Below the pieces are notes generated by a model, which worked only from the letters and a program-made list of their open reading frames with translations, had not been told where the DNA came from and searched no databases. A program made the translations under genes and the position numbers. Below are positions 32,949 through 48,314 of a stretch of DNA of 64,000 nt, in pieces. Position 1 is the first letter of the stretch. Every line of letters begins with the position of its first letter. This DNA is from Eledone cirrhosa (Eukaryota). The stretch lies in contig OZ024743.1 of the NCBI GenBank assembly GCA_964016885.1, positions 110,112,001-110,176,000 on the forward strand. The letters run 5' to 3'.

Positions 32949-35900
32949 CTACAGGCGTATACTAAGAACGGGCCCGTTCACTCGGACCAGACTCGCCACT
33001 TTCACCCACCTTTCAACAAACTTACTAGAAGACAATACTTGCCTCTCCACCCTGATTTTCCTCTTCAAGTGAAACTTGAAAAAGTTAATGAGGGATTGGC
33101 CGAAGAGGAAAATGTCCGTCTTCAACCCTTTCAATCTTGTCCACCACACAATCTCTTTCGCCATGGACACCAGGCAGATGAAAACTGTCTGCCGTTCCTC
33201 ATCTTTAAAGGAGGATGAAGCGGCTATCTGCACAATGGACTCAGTCGATAACCGAATCCGTCCTAAACGCGACAGCAGCTGTTCCACATAGATCCACAAG
33301 TCATTAATCCTCGTGCAGGACGGTGCTTGCAGGAAGGTGTGGTCGTGCTGTGCGCATCTCGGACAGGCTCGGCTGACCGCACCTACGTGCCTGTAGAGCT
33401 TATTCCGAACCGGGTAGAATTGCAAGGCTAGGCATTTCTGGAATATGTCCATAGGACCCGGTCTGAATGTTCTCTTGAATAGAACAAACAGCGGATCGTC
33501 TCCGACGCCCAGAGTCTTTCCGAGAACGTCGTCGCTCTTTCCCTCCACTGGCCCTCTATTGAACGCCGAGGTGTATGTTACACCGATACAAGGACAGCCG
33601 GTAGAGGGCGGTGAACGCTTGGAGATATTCCAGCTTGCAAGCGATATCCCTTGATCTTTTTCTGATCCAGACGAGCTGGGGAAAAGCGCGTCTGACAAAC
33701 GGCGACCACACCTGTTCACCGTCAAGGAAGCACCATATATGTCGTAGCATGATGGCATCATCAGGCACGGCATGCCTAGTCTCCCACGCAACGGGTGTTG
33801 ACAGCAAATGGGTCGTCTGACAATGGGAGCACGTCCCTTCCACAAAAAGCGAAAGAGAAGGCGCTCCATTTTGGTCAGAGTTGGGCGGGGGCAAGATACG
33901 ACGGTCAGGCGTTAGCAGATGACGGGCGCTATGTACGCATTCGTCACCACCGGCCGACATTTCAGAGACAGCCTCCTCTCGGCCCATATCTGGGTGAGAG
34001 AGGCCTCCCTGCTCGTCACCTCGCTCCAGATTTTCTCCATCTGGAGGTCCGTACCGAACCAGCGGCCGAGCAATTTAACCGGTCCTTCCCTCCGGCGACG
34101 CACGACGCTTTTGGACGTGGCTCTCCAGATGCCGAGTTGCAATCCCACCGAGTTTACCTGGTTTATATTTGTTCCTGTCACCGCTTCGTATTACTTGAGA
34201 GCGGTGCCCAGCATCTGGACGTTTTTGGTGCTCGACACCACCACGGTGACGTCGTCGGCGTAAGCTGACACAGATCTCCGGCATCCCAGTTCGCGTGGAA
34301 CCCCCCTCATCATATCCAATTTGTGTAGTAACGGCTCTAGGGCCAGTACGTACAAGTGGGACGAGAGGTGGCAACCCTGACGGACAGAGCGCATCATGCT
34401 GAAAGGCTGCAACAGGTGACCATTCACCCTCACAATCGAGCAGATGTCTCTGTGCATCGCAGCGATCCAGCCCCTAAAAACGGGCTCGAAGCCGGCCGGT
34501 TCGAGGACCGCAGCCATTTACCGATGGTCGAGCCTATCAAATGCTTTAAATTGATCCAAGTTGATCATGGCCCCACCTGTGCCAGGTTCCTTAACCACCC
34601 TCTCTATGATGTAGGTTGTCGTGGATGGATCTGTCCGGGATGGGACATGTCTGCGCCTCTCCCACCAGATCACCGACGACAAGCGCCAATCTCTTTGCTA
34701 AAACTTTGGCCAAAATCTTATACTCTACGTTTAGCAGAGTTATGGGCCTGAAGTTGTCTATAATCCCCCTTGTTCGGGTCATTTTTTCAGCAGCGCCACC
34801 GCACCCCGGCTCACAAAACTGGGAATGCTCCCGTTCTGCTTTTAGTTGCAGTAGACAACTGCGAAGAGGTCGCCGAACAAGTCTGGCATATACGCATAAA
34901 GCTCGTAGGGCAGACCTTCAAAACCTGGCGATTTACCCCTCGTGCAGTCAGAAATCGCTTCCCGTATTTCACCTTCTGTTATCGGCTTTTCGCAGCACTG
35001 CGCTGCGTTCGTCGAGGGCCGCGGCAGTCCGTCGAGGTATGCACCGAAGTTCAAACTCCGATCCGCGCCACTGTTGCTCCCGAACATTTGAGCAAAGTGC
35101 TATTGAAAAGCCGCACACATCTGCTCGGGTTCGAGCAACATGCGCCCGTCTTGATCATGCAAAAACTGAATTGTGGACTTGTTGCCACGTCGCGCGTCCA
35201 CCGCCCGGGCCCATTGGACTGCTTTCGTCCACGTGTGTCTTATAGCTCGCGGTCTAGCTCTGACAACGAAGCCTCCATGCTTTGCGTTGAATAATTGGTG
35301 GAGTGCCAATCTCGCCCCAAGCACGTCGGTTGCGATGACTGTCCTAAACGCCTCTTCTAGCTTTCTAACAAACTCACCCTCTAGTCTATTTTCCTCTATC
35401 ATTACACCTTATCGATTCTAGTCTAATAACTATTTTCAGGGTAAACCACCCCCTGTTGTTGACGATCGCGCCCGTCAAGGCACGCTTAACTAATTCGCTA
35501 ATCTGGTCCCTGTAAGCTTTGCGCGCCAAGAACGGCGCGTTCAGCTTCCAGTAACCTATGGAGTCTATCTAAGTCAAACTCACAGATCACACATTTGTGA
35601 TCTGTGTAGTCGACTTCTTTAAATACTGGACAGCCTATCAGACAGTTCAAAACGTCTGAGCAGGTTGTTGAGGCTGTTACACCCTCCTGCCCTGTCTACT
35701 AGCCCGACATAATACCAACGATCATCTAAGATACCGTTCCAGTCGCTCACTAACACTAATGAGCGGGACGTTCCAAGAAAGGTCTCTAGACGCCTGAAGA
35801 AATCTGGCCGTCCTGCCCCTGTTGGAACGTAGACGGCTACGAGTCTGAAAGCATTGCCTTCACTGCCGGTCACGTCCAGAACAACTAACTTACCTTCTGG

Positions 35901-36164
35901 GTCCAGGAAGAGGGCCCGTATGGCGAGATCCAAACCTCTCCGAAAAAGCCCAGCAACACCTCCCCCCTATCTTGGACGACTGGGAGATGCGTATATATCG
36001 TAGTTGCCAAAGATCGATGCGAAGCCTCGTGCTTCTGAGATTCTAGTCTCGCTGATGGCTACAACATCTATAATCAGAAACCTGAGGTCGTTTATGAGAT
36101 GACCCTACCTCCAAAATGACACCAGGTCACGTACGTTTATACTGCATATTCTAAGTACGGCCAT
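32949..36164 (-). pseudogene. ORF2: APE endonuclease + reverse transcriptase + C-terminal Cys domain, many frameshifts
   Basis: MAVLRICSINVRDL, VAISETR, LVSDWNG, KSPGFEGLP, NFRPITLLNVEYKILAKVLA, SVRQGCHLS, SAYADDV, CPRC. Confidence 0.92.
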
Positions 36165-37774
36165 GTTCGATGAGAAACGGGGTAAGTGAGAAAGGATCAT
36201 TTACCATGATCGTGTGGTGAAGGGAAAGTAGAACCGTCCCTCTGGCTGGTCATAGGTATTTCCAAGAGGATGTCGCTGTATATCCTCTTGGTAACCGTCT
36301 CTCTGAAGTCGTTAGCTGCGTTGGGGAATTGTTCTTTTAACAGTTTGTAATGTTCTATTTTTATATTTTCAATATGTTTATGTTTTTCGGGAGAGTTCTT
36401 GGTATTGGTGGGGTGTTGTCATTTTTTTCTGTGATGTCTGTGTGCTGCTTTATGTGTTGTAAGAGTTCTTTATTTGCCATGTTTATGGCTGTGTACTTTT
36501 TAGGGGGAAGGGGTGATTTTGTTGATGTTTTCTTGTTGTTGCTGTTGGGTGTGTGTGTTGTGTTGTGTTTGCGGTGTTGGTGTGTTTGGTGATGCTGGTG
36601 GTGGTGTGGTTGTTGTTGGTGATGATGGTGGATGGCGGTGGTGTTGCTGCAAGTCTCATAGCAGCCTTTACGCATCATTGTTTGCCTTCACTTTTAGCCG
36701 GTGAAGCTGAGAGGTTTTTCTTTTTTCTTTTTTGTGGCAGACCGTTTGCCACTTCCCTCCCGCCTCATACTCCATGTCAGATTCCGTGGCTTCTGAGAGG
36801 AGTATAAGATTCACTGATCTTGGTGGTGGTAGCGGACCCCGCTCCGGCGATTCTGACGCCGGTGTAGCTACTGCGACTGTTGGTTTTGCCGACACTGCTG
36901 CCGCTGCTTTAGTTGTCCGTGCCCTTGGTATGGGTGCCACGGGCGTTGCCCTCTTACTTTTCATGGAAGGATTTTCTGCCTCTGTTGCCTGCCCTGTTCT
37001 TGGTAGCAGCCGATCAGTCGTCGGAAGAAGGGGGCCCTCTTCCTGGCTGCCTTCTGCCGGTGACCCTTCTGCACACAGAGGTAGCATTTTGGGCGCCTTC
37101 CCTCAACGCTTATAGGGAGTTGGAGCCCTTCCTCGAGGTCTATGATGTCTGGGGTGGCCTCGATGCACTCCTGGTCAGTGTGAATTAGCATTTGCATGCC
37201 TATTCTTGAACAGTTCTCTCTTCCCATTCTCTGTATTTGCAGTACGGTGGTATTCTCCTCGATTCCAGCAAGTACAGATGTGGCCAGCCATGTTATGGGA
37301 ACGCCAGGAAGGACCTGGGTCACTTTCACCCTCACAATTTTCTGCCCGCTGTAGGAGGGCCCGAAGACTATCTCCTCACTGTTTAGGGTTTCCGAAGAGT
37401 GAGACTTCGCCTCTTGGTTTGGGCGAAAAGTACGTCTACTGTGGCGTAACATTTGCCTCGGGTGATGAGGGTTTTGCGCGCCCAGAAGCACCGCAAGGCC
37501 TTTGGGATTTGAGCCTCAGTGGCTCTCTCCACCCGATGTGACATTTTGCTTACGTTGCGGTAAGTCACCGTGCGCAGCTGCTGGTCTTTGATGGAACCGT
37601 GTGGAGGTTTCAGGGAAACTCAATTGCCGTTCCATGTCACCATGGCTCTTCCGACTGCCTTCTCCTTCTCCGTGATTAGCACTGTCTCTATATTTTGGGC
37701 CACACCTGCGAAAGAAGTGGCCCCTTTTTCAGCGGCACCATTTTTGCTGCCGCTACTGCTGCTACTTTTCTTGT

Positions 37775-39570
37775 TGTAGGTGCTGCATTTTTTTCTTATC
37801 GCAGGCGCATGAGCATTACCCTTAGTAGCGCTAGACTGGTGTGTGGGAGACGCACGAGTTCATCCATACTGGTGCCGAGTTGGTGGTGATAACAATCCAC
37901 CATCAAGGCCGGACATCTCATCCAAAGATGTTCGGAGGATTCTTCTTCCTCTCCGCACAGAGGGCATGTGTGTAATTCCGCTTGGCCGATCATATGGAGC
38001 CATCGCCTTAATGGCGTGTGATGTCCACTGCGGAAGCGGACGAGTTGGTTCCTGTTCTGCTTTGGAGAGAGTTTGCTCACTCCCTTCATTTGGGTGGCGG
38101 CTAAAGACTGATTGTAGACGTTGATGCTGGATCGGTGGTGGGCGAAATTCCCGGCGAATGACGGCGCGACGGGTGGCGGCATCGATTGAACTTTCCAGTT
38201 AAGTAGATGTTGAGCCTTGTTTCGCCTGGGCGTTCGCCAGTTCATTCCCTTTGATGCTGCAGTGCCCCGGGACACAGAGAGCTGCTAAGGTTCTCCCCTT
38301 TGTGATTTTGTTAGCGATCCCTTGCAGCTCGGTAATGAAAGCGTCATGGGGGAAGTGGTTGATGACTGTTTGCACCTACGACTTTCTTTCACAGATGACA
38401 TTGGAGGACTCCTAGCTGGTGTCTGTCTGTAACTATAGGAGGGCTTGTTTGAATGCAATTCTTTCAGAATGAAAGGAACTGCTAGGAGCGCCCGTCGTAG
38501 CATGCCACTCGTGAGCTACCTCTTCATTTTGGATGATTACGAGACCGGCACCGCCATTGGTTGTACCGGCGCATGTTGATCCATCTGTATACACACAAAT
38601 GTCCACCGGGGGAAGTGTCCATATATGATCCAGTGCCACTTTAAGTTGTAGTGCTACTGGGATTTATTTGCTCCCCGGGATAAAGTTAGCAGGGATTGCT
38701 AGTGGTAATTACCACGGCGGTTTCTTATGTGGTAGTTGGGTGTCTGTTGTCGAGGGTATGCCAAGACGATCAAGGGCTGCAGCTGTCTACATCACCAATC
38801 AAGACGGCGGAGTCGGCGCCTTACGTTAGCATTGAGTTCGATGATCGGAGATGGGGAGGTGTGCCCATTCATCCGCTTTCAAAGAGAGAGCATGAAAGCG
38901 CCATTCCAACGGTGGAAGGTGTGCTTCAAGTAGGACAGCCTCAGTTTGTGTTGTGCGTACATGTCCAGTAATCGCTGCAGCTGCATCTAGTTATGCTCTT
39001 TCAAGTTTCCCGATGTTAGTGGCTGACAGCCAGGGAGCCCAGCCTGGGGAGACGTTCTCGGCCAGGATGCAGTGCACTGCGATGTATCCTTGCGAAGATT
39101 TGGGATATGCCAGCCCCAGGAGGTACCCCCAAGGGTGCGTAGGATGTGGACGCGCTGTTGAAGTTTTTGGCAGATCTTTTTAACATGTTCCCCAAAGGAG
39201 AGTATCCTATCATATGAGACGCTCAAAAAGACGGGATCGGGTTTAAAGGATAGTCCTACCCCGTCCATATTAATATTTGGTTGCCACCGCGCTTCTACAC
39301 TGGATGTTCTAAAGTAGGTTGACTCGTATGTTGGTGTGTTAATTGCGAGTTTAACTTCTTTACTCCATGCTATCACTTTATACACTTCTTTTTGTAACAG
39401 TTGCGCTATTTCCTTCTTTTTCTTACTGCAGGACGCGATAGCAAGATCATCGGCGTATGCGCTGACATGTGTTGTGTTGTCTAATTGATCAAGTAGACCA
39501 TTTATAAAGATTCTAAAAAAGTATTGGTGAAAGGACGGAACCTTGTGGTGTCCCTTCTTTAAACACGCGT
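37775..39570 (-). mobile_element. 5'-truncated RNase H-containing LINE (I/Ingi-group-like) nested in Tx1 ORF1
   Basis: EGTPQGSVLSPILF, SAYADDLAI, RNase H VYTDGS..GGAG..SSFHSERIA, zinc finger CPLCGEEEESSEHLWMRCPAL. Confidence 0.88.
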
Positions 39571-40177
39571 CTGTTAGTGCTGTTGCTGCTGCTACTGCTA
39601 TAAACAGTCTTACTGGTGTTGTTTCTGTTATCACTGTTGTAGTTGGTTGTGCTTTTGGTGCCACCGTTGTTGTTGTCGGTGCAATTTGTATTGTTGCTGT
39701 TGGTGTTGTCGTCGTTTATTTTCTTGTTAGTGGTGTTAATATCGTTGTTGTATTTGTTGTAATTGTTTTCTGTTGTCTGTATTTTAATTGTCACTGTTTC
39801 TGTTGGTGTGGTAATGTTTTTTAAATTAGTGTTCTCAGTGTTATTGTCTTTGTTTAAGTTGTTTGTGGTGGTGTTTGTTGTATTAATTTCTGTGACCCTC
39901 CTCTCAACGTTTACGCTGTTGTCACACGACATCAGACATATTGTTGGGGGCGTGCTTCAGCCATGTTTTTTTTTTATTTTTAAAAGTAAAATGTTCAAAT
40001 AGTGTTCAAATATTTGGGCCAAAAGGCCCAAATATTATACTTTCCCCTTCACAGGCTTATATCCCTTACACAACAAGAACAATTTAACAATAAATAATTA
40101 TAAAAGGTAAATAAAGCGACTTACTGGGAGCAAGCAAAAAAGATGTCCGAAGAGACCAATAATAATAATAATAAAAA

Positions 40178-40513
40178 TAATTGTTTCTTATATAGGCACA
40201 AAGCCAGCAATTTGGGGGGAGGGGAAAGTCGATTAAATCGACCCCAGTGCGTGAGTGGTACTTTATTTTGTCGACCCCGTAAGGATGAAAGGCAAAGTTA
40301 ACCTCGGCGGGATTTGAACTCAGACCATAAAGGGCCGTAACCTTTTGCTGCAAAGCATGACGTCAGTCCCTCTACCGATACTGCCAATCCACCACCGTAA
40401 CAATAATAATAATTGTTTCTATTTAGGCACAAGGCCAGCAATTATCCAGTACATTACTGGTACTTTATTTTATCGACCCCGTAAGGATGAAAGGCAAAGT
40501 TAACCTCGGCGGA
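40178..40513 (-). mobile_element. Two SINE copies (full 40178-40397; partial 40410-40513)
   Basis: Reverse complement of the SINE core and B box, with (ATT)n tails. Confidence 0.85.
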
Positions 40514-40517
40514 ATAG

Positions 40518-41920
40518 TAATTTGGTGTTAATAAGTGTGATGAAGAGGTGCACATTGAGCAGAAGTAACGGAATCCATGTACCAACAGGTGAGATGATAA
40601 AGGAAATTGACACGGAAGAGGGATACCAATATTTAGGTGTTCTGGAGGCAGATGACATAAAGAACAAAAAAATGAATGATTTGATAAGATCTGAATACAT
40701 AAGGAGAGTAAGTAACATACTAAAATCACATTTAAATATTAGGAATGCCATAAGTGCAGTAAATTCCCGAGCTGTGTCTATTATTAGGTACAGTGCGGGA
40801 TTCTGAAATGGAATGTTGCTGAACAAAAAGAAATGGATATAGGGACTAGGAAGCTATTAACTATCTACAACATGTTCCACAAGAGGAGTGATGTTGATAT
40901 ATTCTACTTAAAGAGATCTGAAGGTGGAAGAGGTCTTATCAGCTTAGAGGAGTGTGTTCAGATGGAGAAAAACAATCTGCACAATTATGTGGCTGACAGT
41001 AGGGAGCCAGTGCTCAACATTGTACTGAAGGAGTAGACCAGGGGATGTCCAAGGGGGGAATAACATGAACAATCACTTCATAGCGCTTTCTTTAAGAAAA
41101 CAAAATTCACAGATACACAGACATGGAACTGGTTAAAAAGAGATCTTAAAAAAGGTACAGAAGGAATGCTAATGGCTGTGCAAGTACAAGCCCTAGGAAC
41201 AAAGTGGGTGAGACACTATATTGACAAGGAGGAGGCTAGCTCACTGCGTAGGATCTGTGGAGAGAGAGAGAAAGAGAGGGGAGAGAGAGAGAGGGGGGTT
41301 ATGTGGCTAACATTGTATCTGATAGTAAACACCTAGCCCAGACTCACTATTAAGCCTGGAGACATGATATGATAGGAAAGGTGATTCACAGGCATCTATG
41401 CAAACTAGACAATTTACACATTCTGAGAAGTGGTATGAGCATAAGCCAGAGTCATTGATAGAAAACGATCAAGTGAAGGTACTATGGTATTTTAGGATAC
41501 AGACGGACAAGAAATTAAAACACAACAGGCCAGACATGGTGGTTTTGGACAAGGAAAAAAGATCGTGCCTCAGTGTAGATGTAGCCTGCCCATTTGACAC
41601 GAGAGTGCAAGAAAAGGAGAGGGAGAAAATAAACCGATACCAGGATTTATAGTGGGAGTTAAAAAGGATTTGGAACTGCCATGAGATAAACGTCTTCCCG
41701 ATTGTCATAAGAGAACTAGGCACAATCCCAAGGAATTTCCAATGATGGTTAAAGAAGTTAAGTACAGCCCCGTTCTTTGGAACACTTCAAAAGGCATGCT
41801 TGCTGGTAACAGCAAAACCCTCCGATACGCGCTGAATGTCTGAGGCTGCAGGTAGCGGCTTGATATTCCAACCAACTCTCCAGTTAAATAACACCAGTGA
41901 CTGAGACTCAAAAACAATAA
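40518..41920 (+). mobile_element. 5'-truncated, decayed Dong/R4-like LINE
   Basis: Colinear with the reverse complement of 43245-44650: GYQYLGV, GGRGLIS, HNRPDMVV..VDVACPFD. AAT tail. Confidence 0.92.
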
Positions 41921-42029
41921 TATTAATAATGTTAATTTAATTATTCTTCTTTTTCTTCTTATCCTTCCAAATCTACTTCTTAATCTTCTCCTCCCTCATC
42001 TTCCATTTCCTTTTCCTCCTCCTCTATTC

Positions 42030-43186
<1,157 letters not shown>

Positions 43187-43197
43187 TATTATTATTA

Positions 43198-43238
<41 letters not shown>

Positions 43239-43244
43239 GTTATT

Positions 43245-46200
43245 CCTTGAATCTCAGTCATTGATGTTGGTTAACTGGAAAGTCCGTTGGATTGAATATC
43301 AAGCCACTACCTGCAGCCTCAGATATTCAGGACGTATCGGAGGATTCTTGCTGTTCCAAGCAAGCATGCCTTTTGAAGCGTTCCAAAAAGCGTGAAGGGG
43401 CCGATTTTCTTTAACCATCCCTGGAAACTTTTGGAGATAGTCCCCAGTGCGCCTATGACAATCGGGATCACTTTGACTTCATGGCAGTTCCAAATCCTTT
43501 TCACTTCCCACTTTAGGTCCTGGTATCGGTTAATTTTCTCCCTCTCCTTCTCTTGCACTCTCGTGTCGAACGGGCAGGCCACATCCACAATCAGGCACGA
43601 TCTTTTTTCTTTGTCCACAACCACCAGGTCAGGTCTATTGTGTTCCAGTTTTTTGTCCGTCTGTATCCTAAAATCCCACACCACCTTCACCTGATTGTTC
43701 TCCATCACCGCCTCTGGCCTATGTTCATACCATTTCTCAGAATGTGGTAAATTGTTTACTTTGCACAGGTGCCAGTGGATCACCCTGCCCATCACATCGT
43801 GTCTCCAGCCCTTATAGTGGGTCTGGGCTAGGTGTTTACACTCGGACACAATGTGAGCCACAGTCTCCTCTCTCTCTCCACAGATCCTGCACAGTGGGCT
43901 AGCCTCCTCCTTGTAGATATGGTGCTTCAACCACTTCGTTTTGAGGGCCTGCTCCTGCGCAGCCATTAGCATTCCTTCTGTAGCCTTTTTGAGGTCTCCT
44001 CTTCTCAACCAGTTCCATGTCTGTGGATCTCTAAATTCGGTTTTCTCAAAGAAGGTACTATGAAGGGATTTTCCCTTAAGGCTGCTCTTCCTCCTTGATG
44101 TTATTTCCTCCTTGGACATCCCCTGGCCTACTGTCCCCTCCTTCAGTACAGTTCTGAGCATTGGCTCCTTACTATAGGTCACGTATTTGTATAGGTTGTT
44201 TTTCTCCATCTGAACACAGTCCTCTATGCTGATAGACCTCTTCCACCCTCAGATCTCCTTAGGTAGAGTCTATCGACATCACTCCTCTTGTGGAACATGT
44301 TGTAGATAGTCAATAGCTTCCTAGTCTTCCTATCCATTTCTTTTTGTTCAGCAACATTCCATCTCAGAATTCCCGCACTGTACCTAATAATAGACACAGC
44401 TCGGGAATTTACTGCGCTTATGGCATTTCTGCTGTTCAGATGTGACTTCAATACACTCCTTACTCTCCGAATGTATTCAGTTCTTAACAATTCCTTCATT
44501 TTTTTGTTCTTTATGCCATCAGCCCCCAGAACGCCCAAATACTTGTATCCTTCCTCAGAGTCAATTTCCTTTATCATCTCACCTGTTGGTATCTGGATCC
44601 CGTTACTTCTGCTCAACCTACCCCTCTTCATTACAATGACTCCACATTTACCAATACCAAACTGCATACATATATCACTGCTGAAAATACGGACAGTGTC
44701 AACAAGCACATCCAACTCCTTCTCACTTTTCCCGAAGAGCTTAAGATCGTCCATGAAGAGGAGGTGATTGATGGTAAGCTCTCCCCTTCCCAACTTGTAT
44801 CCTGCTCTCACTTTTCGCAGCATAATGGTCAAGGGCATCAGGGCAAGGACAAACAACAGAGGGGACAGGCTATCTCCCTGGAAGATACCTCTCTTGATCT
44901 TCACGCTTCCCAAGGATACTCCAGTTGATGTCAACTCTGTCTCCCAGGACCCCATACTCCTGCCTAGCAACTGTCTGATGTTATCTGCCACCCTGAAGAT
45001 CTCCAGGTTTTTGGTGATCCAGGAATGAGGCACCATGTCAAATGCCTTTCTGTAGTCTATCCATCCCATGGCAAGATCAGTGTGTCTCCTCCTGCAATTC
45101 CCCATTACCATCTTATCAATAAGTAACTGGTCCTTTGTACCACGTGACTTCTTTCGGCATCCTTTCTGTTCGTCCGGTAACAAGTTGTTTGTGTGGAGGT
45201 GATGGTAGATTTCCTCAGACACAATGCTCGTCAACAGTTTCCACATTACGGACAGACATGTGATAGGTCTATAGTTGGTAACATCATTACCCTTGATTCG
45301 GTCTTTCATTATCAGAACTGTGGTACCTTTTGTCAACCACTCTGGCACATCACCCGACACCAAGCAGTCATTGAACATGGCCGTCAGCTTCGGGTGGAGG
45401 GATGTTAAATGTTTAATCCAATACCCCTGCACACCATCTGGGCCTGGTGATTTCCAGTTGGTTAGTTTTTTGGCCTGCCCCTTAAGAGTTTCAACTGTGA
45501 TACTCAAATCAGTTTGTTGCTGTGCCTGCTCACCGATCTCCCTCTGTACTGTCTCAATCCACCCTGCCTGGGCATTGTGTCTAACATCCTGCTCCCATAT
45601 TCCTCTCCAGAATGTTTTAGTTTGCTCCGCCCCAGGGATCAAGTCGTTGCCTCTTTCTTTCCCCTCAAGCTGTCCAAACAGCATCTTCTGGTTGTTGTCG
45701 AACATGCGGTTCTGTTTATACTGACTGACTCTGTTCTCGTATCGCCTGATTTTTGCACTCTTTGCTACAATGCGTTGCTTCAGTTCCTCTATGATAATAT
45801 TTAGCTTTTTCTTCCTAGTTTTGTATTTTATTTCCAGTGTATTTTTAGTGCCTATGTTTTTTAGTGTCCCATTCAGTAGTGACTCAAGCTTTCCTATGTC
45901 ATTTCTCATTTCCCCGATTTGCCCACTCAGTCGCTTCTTCCACCACGGCTCTGCTCTTTCTTGTCTGTTGTTTCCTCTCGCTTTTATACCAAGTAGTTTC
46001 CTCACCGTATTTGCTGTTGCTTTGAGGATATTGTTGCACTGGTGAAGGCTCCTCGCCTCAAGGTATGGGATGACTTTGTTTACCTTAGCTGTTGTTTCTT
46101 TTAACTTTTTCCCGTCTACAAATCTTAGGTTCATAGGTCTCCCACTATCATTGTTCAATTCATCTACCACTAAATTTAGGATGTCAACCGAATCTTGTCC

Positions 46201-47092
46201 TAGCCCGTCAGCATTCATCTCCTCAGTGGCCGTATCTCTGTTCCAGGTATTATTTATCTCAGTATTCAGATCATTGTCTGCTTCGGGTGGTTCCTCCGTT
46301 CTCAGGACCTCTTCACCTTCATTTCCCAATGGCTCGCTTGTCTGGCATACTACACCCGCCATCTCCAAGCCATTCTCTCTGCTCAGTTCCTCCAGTTCCA
46401 GCTCGCTTATCCATCCATTAGTTCTTATTACCCGAGCCTGCCCGGCCAATTTTTGTTCATCTAATTTAAATAAACCAATCTCGTTCCAGATGTTATGCAT
46501 CCCTCTCCTGTAGCCCCTCTCCTTGGGGTTACTTTTCAGGTAACATTGCATAACAGTTCTATTCAATTCTTTCGTCCAGTTGGTTCTGGCCCCTTTCCTT
46601 CTTCTCCTTCCTCCAACATCAGCAGTATTTGGTTGACAGTCAGGTTCCTGCTGCTGAGCCAGGGGGCACCTGTTGGGTGAGAGTCTGTCACATGACGTTC
46701 TAGTCTCCATTTCACCGTTATTCGAACTGTTTATGTTCGATATTTAAACACTCTTATCGAGGATTGGCGAATGTATGGTTACATATCCATCTGTGGATCC
46801 GCCATTCCACCTGGCTCTTGTGTGGCATTATCACCACGCTGTATACGAACACACAGGCAGAAAGGGCCCCAAAAATGAATAAGCATAAGTTTCATTGTAA
46901 TGTAGTGTTCGAATGTCTGACTTAGTTTTTGTTTTTTAAGTTTTAGTTTCCCCCCCCTCTTCTCTGTCCGTCCGCCTGCTTCTCTCTTCATTCTTATTTT
47001 CTTTACGTTATTTGGGTTTTTTTTTTTTTTTTTTTTCGTTTTTGTCTTTCTTTGTTTGTTTTTCTCGTTTTTTGCTGTTGTTGCTGTGCTAA
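43245..47092 (-). mobile_element. Near full-length Dong/R4-clade non-LTR retrotransposon in (TAA)n
   Basis: 5' leader at ~47092-46711, single long RT-REL coding region, short 3' UTR and (AAT)n tail. TAA repeats at both ends. Confidence 0.92.
43319..46710 (-). pseudogene. Reverse transcriptase + CCHC + REL endonuclease ORF split by one frameshift near 44233
   Basis: 828 aa (WKSPGPDG, YRPITCL, IDYRKAFD, GIFQGDSLSP, LFMDDLKL) plus 296 aa (CRIC..H..EC, RHD, RPD..VDV..EKINRY). One T is missing relative to the 40930 copy (ggtctatcagc vs ggtcttatcagc). Confidence 0.93.
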
Positions 47093-47554
47093 TATTATTA
47101 TTATTCGAACTTCTTCTATTTCTTTAAAAAAAATTTTACGTTTTTTTTTTTGTTTTTTTTTCATAAGTGAAATAGAAATTAAATATATTAATAAATGAAG
47201 AAGAAAAAAAACTCATGTGATAGTTCTTGAAGAATGAAACCTTAATACGTAGACTGGCTTTGATTCCTTTTTTTGCCCTCCATTTCTAGTGATCTAGGTC
47301 ATTGCAACTATCACTGATATTAACCTTATTACCAGATATGTTTACAGTAAACTAACTTCTTTCAGACTCCGAGATAAGCATCTTTATATCACCGGACCCC
47401 TGGAAGAGTGGTAAAATCCAGTATTTGGGTTTCTGCGACTCCTAAAGCAAGTACTGTCCGCTTACATAAATAATGTTAGGCTTCAGGTAAGATGATTGAA
47501 CAAGGAAGCCACTTTATCAACAGGTTTTTGCTCAATTGCTAATCCAAAGTGTGA

Positions 47555-47602
<48 letters not shown>

Positions 47603-47632
47603 TGCATTTATCTTGTTATAATAATAATAATA

Positions 47633-47824
<192 letters not shown>

Positions 47825-48248
47825 ATATTGACAGATACCAAGATGGCTACTGTCTGATTCTCTCGATATAAAGAACGTAGAAATTTAGATCAATCAATTT
47901 GGATTGTTTTAATCGCGATGATATAGAGATCAGCTGTAATTAATTGAAATTATTATCCGGAATCCTAGTGGCTAGAAATTAGTTTTGGCAATCCTTTACG
48001 ATATTCCGCTGTATGTCGTTCTGGCGTAGCAATGTTATATTTCTAGCCTTGGCATGTAGAGGACTTGAATCAGATTGATGTATCGACTACCGCAAACAAT
48101 TATTTTCGTTATAAATATATACAAATATACATACATTCATACTTTCATACATATATACTCACACATGCACAGGCACACACACACACAAACACACTTGTGT
48201 GTGTGTGTGTGTGTACGTATATGCATGTGAGAGTATATATGTATGGAA

Positions 48249-48314
<66 letters not shown>

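Noticed and set aside
44420-46513. Long plus-strand ORFs opposite the Dong RT
   Set aside because: Antisense shadows of the coding strand with no domain features.
46740-46870. Possible HDV-like ribozyme in the Dong/R4 5' leader
   Set aside because: A stem (ggcggat/attcgcc) is present, but I could not build the nested double pseudoknot.
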